A DNA stretch of 20,168 bases from Breznakia blatticola (GTDB lineage: Bacteria > Bacillota_I > Bacilli_A > Erysipelotrichales > Erysipelotrichaceae): NCBI RefSeq assembly GCF_004365815.1, contig NZ_SODD01000045.1:1-20168 (forward strand), written 5' to 3'. Numbering within the stretch: the first letter of the stretch is position 1; each line of letters opens with the position of its first letter. The notes below the pieces were generated by a model, which was not told the DNA's origin, did no database searches, and saw nothing but the letters and a program-made list of their open reading frames with translations. This document shows, one piece after another, positions 1-5,892 of this stretch. The translations under genes were made by a program, and so were the position numbers.

Positions 1-95
1 CCTTCCTTATTTTTATATGGTAATCTTACATTTCAATGTATCATCATACATGTAACAATCTAAGTTAGGTGCGCATCGGTTGAATTAAGCCTAAA

Positions 96-761
96 GTGAA
101 TAAAAAAATACTTACATCAATTTTATATGTTGGAATTCCTGCTGGTATAGAAAAGCTGATTATGCGAATTGGTCAATTATTATATAACGGAATGATTATC
201 TCGATTGGAATGTCTGCATATGTTGCACATAGTGTAGCAGGTACAATTGAAAGTTACGCCTATATTCCTGCAATGGGATTTGGTCTTGCAGTTGCAACAT
301 TAGTAGGTACATCATTAGGTGAACGAAATCCGAAAAAGGCAATGCATCTTACACATATCAGTTATGTGATATCTGTAGTTTGTATGAGTATCATTGGTAT
401 TGTATTTTACGTGTTTGCACCACAATTAGCTGCATTATTTACATCGACTGCAGAAGTACAACATATGGTAATCGATGTATTACGGCTTATTGCATTTTTC
501 CAACCATTCTCTGCACTGGTTCAAATCATCACAAATGCTTTACAAGGAGCAGGAGACACGAAGTTTCCAATGTATACAACCTTGGTTGGGATTTGGGGAA
601 TTCGCTTAGGTATAGGCTATATACTGGCTATATATGCGAATTTAGGATTAGTTGGTGTTTGGTCGGCGTATGCTTTAGATATTACATTACGTGGTATTGT
701 CTTATTTATTCGTTTTTATCGTGGAAAATGGAAAACGATAAAAGTAATCGCAACCTCATAA
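96..761 (+). CDS. MATE family efflux transporter, C-terminal lobe only (probable gene remnant or frameshifted pseudogene)
   Basis: The ORF is intact from GTG 96, with an in-frame TGA at 81-83. It encodes about 6 TM helices with MATE C-lobe motifs (VGIPAGIEK, NALQGAGDTKFPMY). It is only about half the length of a normal MATE protein of roughly 450 aa. Nt 1-95 carry stops in all three forward frames. Linker-like peptide pieces (SKLGAHRLN and IKPKVNKKIL) are split between frames. Confidence 0.6.
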   Translation: MNKKILTSILYVGIPAGIEKLIMRIGQLLYNGMIISIGMSAYVAHSVAGTIESYAYIPAMGFGLAVATLVGTSLGERNPKKAMHLTHISYVISVVCMSIIGIVFYVFAPQLAALFTSTAEVQHMVIDVLRLIAFFQPFSALVQIITNALQGAGDTKFPMYTTLVGIWGIRLGIGYILAIYANLGLVGVWSAYALDITLRGIVLFIRFYRGKWKTIKVIATS

Positions 762-799
762 AGTATTTCTGTTTGGACTATATATAGTGTAATATTCAA

Positions 800-808
800 T
801 GCTATAAT
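800..808 (+). promoter_or_regulatory. Extended -10 element TGcTATAAT; predicted +1 coincides with ATG 815
   Basis: TGCTATAAT lies at 800-808, with exactly 6 nt before the A of ATG 815. There is no Shine-Dalgarno sequence in between. No good -35 is present at 17 bp spacing. Confidence 0.45.
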
Positions 809-814
809 ATTGAT

Positions 815-1684
815 ATGCACAAGGTAAAAGTAAAAGGAATCTTATCCGCAAGAAATGGAATGAATCTATATCGAGGTTGTAGTCATGGCTGTATATATTG
901 TGATTCACGCAGTAAGTGTTATCACATAGACCATGACTTTGAAGATATTGAAGTGAAGGAAAATGGAATTGAATTACTCGAACAAAAACTGAAAAGTAAA
1001 CGCAAAAAAGGAATGATTAGTACAGGCTCAATGAGTGATCCATATATTCCTTTAGAAATGCATTTTGAGTATGTACGCAAGGCAATGCAACTTGCTTACG
1101 ACTATGGGTTTGGGTTTACCATGATTACGAAGAGTAATCGAGTCTTGCGTGATCTTGATTTACTTCAAAAATTGCATCAGAAAACACGTGCAGTTGTACA
1201 AATGACACTGACGACCTATGATGAAACAATTTGTAAAATCGTTGAACCGAATGTGAGTACAACAAAAGAGCGTGTAGAGGCGTTGTATATGCTTCGTGAT
1301 GCGGGTATTCCAACGGTTGTATGGTTAGGACCCATATTACCTTTTATTAATGATTCCAAAGAAAACTTAATGGGAATTTTAGATTACTGTATCAAAGCAA
1401 AGGTTAAAGGCATCATTTGTTTTGAAATGGGAATGACCTTACGGGAAGGAAATCGCGAGTATTATTACGAGAAACTCGATGAATATTTTCCTGGTATGAA
1501 AGAACGATATATTCGAACGTATGGAAATAATTATGAAGTGCGTTCACCAAACCACAAAGAATTGATGCAACTTTTCCAACAGACATGTAAAGCACATGGA
1601 ATACTCTATGATCTACACGAAGTCTTTGGATTTGTGAATCAATTTGATGTTGCTCCAGAAGTTGAACAATTATCATTATTCTAA
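815..1684 (+). CDS. SPL-family radical SAM protein (SplB / COG1533-like)
   Basis: The N-terminus has the CxxxCxxC radical-SAM cluster motif (GCSHGCIYCDSR). Length (289 aa) and overall sequence pattern resemble the 'DNA repair photolyase'/SPL radical SAM family. The substrate is unknown. Confidence 0.8.
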   Translation: MHKVKVKGILSARNGMNLYRGCSHGCIYCDSRSKCYHIDHDFEDIEVKENGIELLEQKLKSKRKKGMISTGSMSDPYIPLEMHFEYVRKAMQLAYDYGFGFTMITKSNRVLRDLDLLQKLHQKTRAVVQMTLTTYDETICKIVEPNVSTTKERVEALYMLRDAGIPTVVWLGPILPFINDSKENLMGILDYCIKAKVKGIICFEMGMTLREGNREYYYEKLDEYFPGMKERYIRTYGNNYEVRSPNHKELMQLFQQTCKAHGILYDLHEVFGFVNQFDVAPEVEQLSLF

Positions 1685-1690
1685 ACAATG

Positions 1691-1714
1691 ACAACCCACA
1701 TTTGGGTTGTTTTT
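1691..1714 (+). terminator. Rho-independent terminator after the radical SAM gene
   Basis: ACAACCCA (1691-1698) pairs perfectly with TGGGTTGT (1703-1710) around a 4-nt loop. A TTTT run follows at 1711-1714. Confidence 0.75.
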
Positions 1715-1739
1715 GAACATTTCGTGAATTATTATAAAT

Positions 1740-1766
1740 TTAGCACTTAAATGTTGACAGTGCTAA
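1740..1766. promoter_or_regulatory. CIRCE element (HrcA operator), copy 1
   Basis: TTAGCACTT-N9-CAGTGCTAA compares with the consensus TTAGCACTC-N9-GAGTGCTAA. The inverted arms are a perfect 8 bp. The spacer contains the -35 TTGACA. Confidence 0.8.
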
Positions 1767-1782
1767 ATAAAATGATTACAAT
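1754..1782 (+). promoter_or_regulatory. SigmaA-type promoter of htpG
   Basis: TTGACA (1754-1759), a 17-nt spacer, then TACAAT (1777-1782). The promoter is interleaved with the two CIRCE elements. Confidence 0.65.
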
Positions 1783-1786
1783 ACTA

Positions 1787-1813
1787 TTAGCACTTATTTA
1801 GGTAGAGTGCCAG
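1787..1813. promoter_or_regulatory. CIRCE element (HrcA operator), copy 2, weaker right arm
   Basis: TTAGCACTT-N9-GAGTGCCAG. The left arm matches 8/9 and the right arm 7/9 to consensus. It lies just downstream of the -10 and overlaps the htpG SD (AGGAGG 1812-1817). Confidence 0.6.
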
Positions 1814-1824
1814 GAGGTATAGAA

Positions 1825-3723
1825 ATGGCAAAAAAGAAGGCGTTTAAAGCAGAGTCCAAACGACTCATGGATTTAATGATTAACTCTATTTATACACATA
1901 AAGAAATATTCTTACGTGAACTTATCTCTAATGCATCTGATGCAATTGATAAATTGTACTACAAAGCATTAAAAGAAAACTTATCAGATGTGAAGAAAGA
2001 AGATTTCAAAATCGAACTTTCTGTAGATAAAGAAAACCGTACATTAACCATTCGTGATAATGGTATTGGTATGAGTAAAGAAGAACTGGAAAATAACTTA
2101 GGTACCATTGCAAAATCAGGATCATTTGATTTTAAAGCAGAACACGACAAAGAAGAAGAAATCGATATCATCGGACAATTTGGGGTAGGGTTCTATTCTG
2201 CATTTATGGTTGCAGATAAAGTAGAAGTTATCTCAAAACAATACGGTAGTGATGATGCATATCGTTGGTATAGTGAAAACAGTGATGGATATGAAATCAT
2301 CAACTATGGAAAAGATGGATATGGTACAGAAATTACATTATTCTTAAAACCAAATACAGATGATGAAAACTACGATGAATATCTAGAAACATATACAATT
2401 GAGAGACTAATCAAAAAATACTCTGATTACATTCGTTATCCAATTATGATGCAAGTAACAGAGGAAAAGAAAAAAGAAGATAGTGATGAAGTAGAAACTG
2501 TAGTTGAAGATAAAACACTAAACTCAATGGTTCCAATTTGGAAACGTAGTAAAAGTGAAATCAGTGAAGAAGAATATGACAACTTCTATATGGATAAATT
2601 CCAAGACTACAACAAGCCACTAGAAGTCATTCACACAAGTGTGGAAGGAACGGTTTCTTATGATGCATTGTTGTTTATTCCAAGCAAACCACCAATGAAC
2701 TACTATTCAAATGATTATGAAAAAGGATTGCAGCTATACTCATCAGGTGTATTCATTATGGATAAGGCAAGTGAATTAATTCCTGAACATTTTAGATTTG
2801 TTAGAGGATTGGTGGATTCTCAAGATTTATCATTAAACATTTCAAGAGAAATGTTGCAACATGACCGTCAATTGCGTGCAATTGCTTCACGTATTGAAAA
2901 GAAAATTAAAAGTGAACTATTAAAAATGCTTCGTACAGAACGTGAAAAATATGAAGAGTTCTGGAGTGCATTTGGTACACAAATCAAATATGGGGTATAC
3001 GCAGATTTTGGTTCACACAAAGAATTACTACAAGATCTATTGATGTTCTATTCATCTAAAGAAAAGAAACTAGTTACATTAGATGAATATGTAAGCCGAA
3101 TGAAAGAAGATCAAAAAGAAATTTACTATATCAGTGGGGATGACGTAGATAGCATTGATAAAATGCCACAAGTTGAACTGCTTAAAAATAAAGAATATGA
3201 AATCTTATACTTGAGTGATGATGTGGATGAATTTGCACTACAAATGATGCAAAACTTCAAGGAAAAAACATTCAAGAACATTGCACAAGGTGACTTAGAT
3301 TTAGCTGATGAAGATGAAAAGAAAAAACTTGAAGAAGAAAGTAAGGAAAACAAAGACTTACTTGAAGCTTTACAAGATGCATTGAAAGATCAAGTTTCAG
3401 AAGTAAAACTATCTGCTCGTTTGGTATCACACCCTGTTGTACTAAGTGCAGCTGATGGTATGTCTTTTGAAATGGAAAAAGTGTTGAGTCAAATGCCTGA
3501 AGGAAATCCAATGGGTATGAAAGCAACAAAGATTCTAGAAATCAATCCAAACCATGAACTATTTAAAGCATTGCAAAATGTATATGCGAAAAATAAAGAT
3601 GAAATTGCAGATTATGCAAGTATTCTATATGATCAAGCATTGTTGATGGAAGGTTTCAAAATCGAAGATCCAATTGCATATGCTGATAAAATCGCAAAAT
3701 TAATTGTAAAAGCAAATGTATAA
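1825..3723 (+). CDS. htpG: Molecular chaperone HtpG (Hsp90 family)
   Basis: GHKL/Hsp90 motifs are present (ELISNASDAIDKL, DNGIGM, GQFGVGFYSAF) in a full-length HtpG-like architecture. I moved the start from the track's GTG 1807 to ATG 1825, which lies 7 nt after AGGAGG (1812-1817). Confidence 0.95.
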   Translation: MAKKKAFKAESKRLMDLMINSIYTHKEIFLRELISNASDAIDKLYYKALKENLSDVKKEDFKIELSVDKENRTLTIRDNGIGMSKEELENNLGTIAKSGSFDFKAEHDKEEEIDIIGQFGVGFYSAFMVADKVEVISKQYGSDDAYRWYSENSDGYEIINYGKDGYGTEITLFLKPNTDDENYDEYLETYTIERLIKKYSDYIRYPIMMQVTEEKKKEDSDEVETVVEDKTLNSMVPIWKRSKSEISEEEYDNFYMDKFQDYNKPLEVIHTSVEGTVSYDALLFIPSKPPMNYYSNDYEKGLQLYSSGVFIMDKASELIPEHFRFVRGLVDSQDLSLNISREMLQHDRQLRAIASRIEKKIKSELLKMLRTEREKYEEFWSAFGTQIKYGVYADFGSHKELLQDLLMFYSSKEKKLVTLDEYVSRMKEDQKEIYYISGDDVDSIDKMPQVELLKNKEYEILYLSDDVDEFALQMMQNFKEKTFKNIAQGDLDLADEDEKKKLEEESKENKDLLEALQDALKDQVSEVKLSARLVSHPVVLSAADGMSFEMEKVLSQMPEGNPMGMKATKILEINPNHELFKALQNVYAKNKDEIADYASILYDQALLMEGFKIEDPIAYADKIAKLIVKANV

Positions 3724-3728
3724 GAATT

Positions 3729-3751
3729 GCCACATTCGTGGCTTTTTTTTT
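3729..3751 (+). terminator. Rho-independent terminator after htpG
   Basis: GCCAC (3729-3733), loop ATTC, GTGGC (3738-3742), followed by a run of nine T (3743-3751). Confidence 0.85.
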
Positions 3752-3765
3752 CGGCTTATAGAGTG

Positions 3766-3774
3766 TGCTATAAT
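3766..3774 (+). promoter_or_regulatory. Extended -10 element TGcTATAAT for the membrane-protein gene
   Basis: TGCTATAAT lies at 3766-3774. A short leader follows, with SD AAGAGGA at 3784-3790. Confidence 0.5.
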
Positions 3775-3796
3775 GGTTTGAGAAAGAGGAATGTGT

Positions 3797-5038
3797 ATGG
3801 GATTTTTAAGGAAAAAGAAAAAACAAGAACCAATAATTACTGAGGAAGTCACACTTCCAAGTCATGTATTGGAATCTTTAGAAGTAGAAGAAGGTGAACA
3901 TGCTTTCGTTTTAGTTGAAGGAAATAAATTACGGATTGCACCTATAAATAAACAAAAGAGTGCACCAATAAAGCAAATGATCTGGGTACTATTAATTTGT
4001 GTGCTTGTAACTGTTGGTTTTTACTACATGTTTAAAGATACAAATCAAGTGTCCTTTGTTGGTGAACAGTCAATTGCTAGTGCAACTTTACTTGTTGGAA
4101 GTTTATGTGGAATTATTAGTTTTAGTTTCTTTTTTATTTTAGCGAAACAACAAAAAATAGAGACATCAAGTAAATATATCTATTGGCGTAATTTTCCAGC
4201 AGTGCTTATTTCATTTGGATTGATTCTCATTTTGTTTTTAATGGGCTTTTTCAAGGTGATGGAACTAACGTTTAGCGGTGCAAGTTTTGATGTGTACACG
4301 GCAAGTTTTATGTTCTTTGTCTTTAATATCATCATTACATATGCGATGAGTTATTTAGCAATTATTATGACACCTTCATTACTTACAAGAGTACTCAGTT
4401 TTGTGATAGTCGGTGGAGTTGTAATGTCAATGGTCAACAACAATGATCAAGATTGGTGGAAAGAAAACTTTAGTTATCTAGGAACACCTGAAGCGATCAA
4501 TAGTTGGAGATTTAATGTAACACTCGTATTTTCAGCAATGTTATTAGTAGCTTTAATTGACTATATCTTTGTTATTCTCCAACAAGCCATTCCTGAAAGT
4601 AAACGCTTGAGTGTATTACGTGTACTTCTCACGTTAACGGCATTATGTCTAGGTGGGGTTGGGATGTTTCCATACAATGAAATTCAACTATTCCGTGACA
4701 TTCATGATATTGTGGCAAGACTGTTAGTTGTTTTTATTGTATTACTCATTTGCTTACTGAGATGGTTATTACCAAAAGTATCAAAAGAGTTTTTATGGGT
4801 GAGCTATGGAATTGGTGGTATACTAATTCTTGCGACCATTTTGTTTTTACAAGTTGACTATTTGTCATTAATGGCATATGAACTAATTGCATTTATCTTT
4901 GCGTTTGTTTGGATTATTATGCTGTTGCAACAGCTACAAAACTTAGTGAATCAAGTGAATAGCTTTACTGTAATCTTAAAAGGACAAGCACCTGTAAAAG
5001 TACAAGAAATAGAAAATATAGACGAGCAAGTTAGTTGA
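3797..5038 (+). CDS. Polytopic membrane protein (about 10 TM) with N-terminal AbrB/SpoVT-like domain; C-terminal part possibly DUF998-like
   Basis: The N-terminus (EEVTLPSHVLESLEVEEGEHAFVLVEGNKLRIAPI) fits the SpoVT/AbrB swapped-hairpin pattern (vtiP..v...l.i.eGd.l.v...g.kiil.P). About 10 hydrophobic helices follow. Start chosen at ATG 3797, 6 nt after AAGAGGA, because ATG 3791 directly abuts the SD. The DUF998 resemblance (FSYLGT..., GMFPYNE, HD) is from memory only. Confidence 0.7.
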   Translation: MGFLRKKKKQEPIITEEVTLPSHVLESLEVEEGEHAFVLVEGNKLRIAPINKQKSAPIKQMIWVLLICVLVTVGFYYMFKDTNQVSFVGEQSIASATLLVGSLCGIISFSFFFILAKQQKIETSSKYIYWRNFPAVLISFGLILILFLMGFFKVMELTFSGASFDVYTASFMFFVFNIIITYAMSYLAIIMTPSLLTRVLSFVIVGGVVMSMVNNNDQDWWKENFSYLGTPEAINSWRFNVTLVFSAMLLVALIDYIFVILQQAIPESKRLSVLRVLLTLTALCLGGVGMFPYNEIQLFRDIHDIVARLLVVFIVLLICLLRWLLPKVSKEFLWVSYGIGGILILATILFLQVDYLSLMAYELIAFIFAFVWIIMLLQQLQNLVNQVNSFTVILKGQAPVKVQEIENIDEQVS

Positions 5039-5063
5039 TGTAAACTTTTTCATTACGTACAAT
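5035..5063 (+). promoter_or_regulatory. SigmaA-type promoter of the glutathione peroxidase gene
   Basis: TTGATG (5035-5040, overlapping the upstream stop), a 17-nt spacer, then TACAAT (5058-5063). Confidence 0.55.
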
Positions 5064-5111
5064 ACTTGTAGTAAAAGATATTGTAGTAAGTAAAAGGAAA
5101 GAGGTTTATAT

Positions 5112-5636
5112 ATGAAATTTTATGATTTTACAGTACTTGACAATAAAGGTAATGAGGTTGCATTAGAGACGTATAAAGGAAAAACAGTGTTAGTTGTTAA
5201 TACAGCAACAAAATGTGGATTAACGCCACAATATGAAGCGCTAGAAGCTTTATATAAGAAATACAAGGACAAAGGATTTGTAATTCTTGATTTTCCTAGT
5301 AATCAGTTTTTGGAACAAGCTCCAGGAACGGATGAAGAAATTGATAGTTTCTGTACGTTAACGTATAATACAACCTTCCCAAGATTCAAAAAGATTGATG
5401 TAAATGGTGAACACACAGATCCATTATTCAAATGGTTGAAAGAAGAAAAACCAGAAGCAGATGGTGAAGGTGTCGTAGAATTCTTTAAAAAAGCATTTGG
5501 TCGTCAACCGGTGACTGGAGAAATCACTTGGAACTTTGAAAAGTTCTTAATTGATAAAGATGGAAATGTTGTAAAACGTTTTACACCAGCAACAAAGCCA
5601 GAACAACTTGAAGAAGAAGTAGAAGAATTGTTATAG
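5112..5636 (+). CDS. Glutathione peroxidase (Cys-type, BsaA/Gpo-like)
   Basis: GPx motifs are present: VNTATKCGLTPQY (peroxidatic Cys), FPSNQF and WNFEKFLIDKDG. SD AGAGG lies 7 nt upstream of the ATG. Confidence 0.9.
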   Translation: MKFYDFTVLDNKGNEVALETYKGKTVLVVNTATKCGLTPQYEALEALYKKYKDKGFVILDFPSNQFLEQAPGTDEEIDSFCTLTYNTTFPRFKKIDVNGEHTDPLFKWLKEEKPEADGEGVVEFFKKAFGRQPVTGEITWNFEKFLIDKDGNVVKRFTPATKPEQLEEEVEELL

Positions 5637-5642
5637 ATTGTA

Positions 5643-5669
5643 GCATCCAATGAAACGGATGCTTTTTTT
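5643..5669 (+). terminator. Rho-independent terminator after the peroxidase gene
   Basis: GCATCC (5643-5648), an 8-nt loop, GGATGC (5657-5662), then T7 (5663-5669). Confidence 0.85.
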
Positions 5670-5673
5670 ATTT

Positions 5674-5688
5674 ATGAAAGCGCTTAAA
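5674..5688. promoter_or_regulatory. cre-like / LacI-family operator-like site upstream of the lyase gene
   Basis: aTGAAAGCGCTTAAa matches 14/15 positions of the cre consensus WTGNAANCGNWNNCW. It contains the 8-bp palindrome AAGCGCTT. Confidence 0.35.
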
Positions 5689-5892
5689 AAGTGTAAATAA
5701 AATATCAAAAAGTACAAATACTTATCGTTTGTAAATTGTATAATAACAATATAAAAGAATAAAAACGTTGGATTGTTACTTACGCTAGGCATGACTAACG
5801 AAATCGCATGGGTGATTTTTTTAGTCTTTTTTTTCGCACGGGGAGACAGTATTAATAATTAACTAGTTTTTATTTTTTGAGGAGGACATTAT

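Noticed and set aside
380-787. 135-aa + strand ORF in an alternative frame inside the MATE ORF
   Set aside because: It lies almost entirely (380-761) within the MATE frame, which shows clear family motifs. Its own translation is Cys/Tyr/Trp-rich with no recognisable fold or SD. This is typical of a spurious AT-rich alternative frame.
1125-1694. Two minus-strand ORFs (1125-1313, 1413-1694) antisense to the radical SAM gene
   Set aside because: The first lies entirely within the well-supported + strand CDS, and the second overlaps it except for a 10-nt overhang past the stop. They have no SD or promoter context, and their translations are low in information.
1807-1824. Track start codons GTG 1807 (htpG), ATG 3791 (membrane protein) and ATG 14542 (scrA)
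   Set aside because: In each case the upstream candidate overlaps or directly abuts the Shine-Dalgarno sequence. A downstream ATG (1825, 3797, 14554) has proper 5-7 nt spacing and yields a family-typical N-terminus.
1959-3529. Minus-strand ORFs 1959-2171, 3126-3353 and 3272-3529 antisense to htpG
   Set aside because: These Ser/Leu-rich translations are the expected antisense of the GAA/AAA/GAT-rich htpG coding sequence. htpG itself is unambiguous.
5791-5862. 23-codon hydrophobic mini-ORF in the lyase leader, considered as a separate gene (type I toxin or leader peptide)
   Set aside because: It has no SD, and no convincing promoter or antisense partner is visible. The hydrophobicity derives from the T-tracts. 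I kept it only as part of the leader-region finding.
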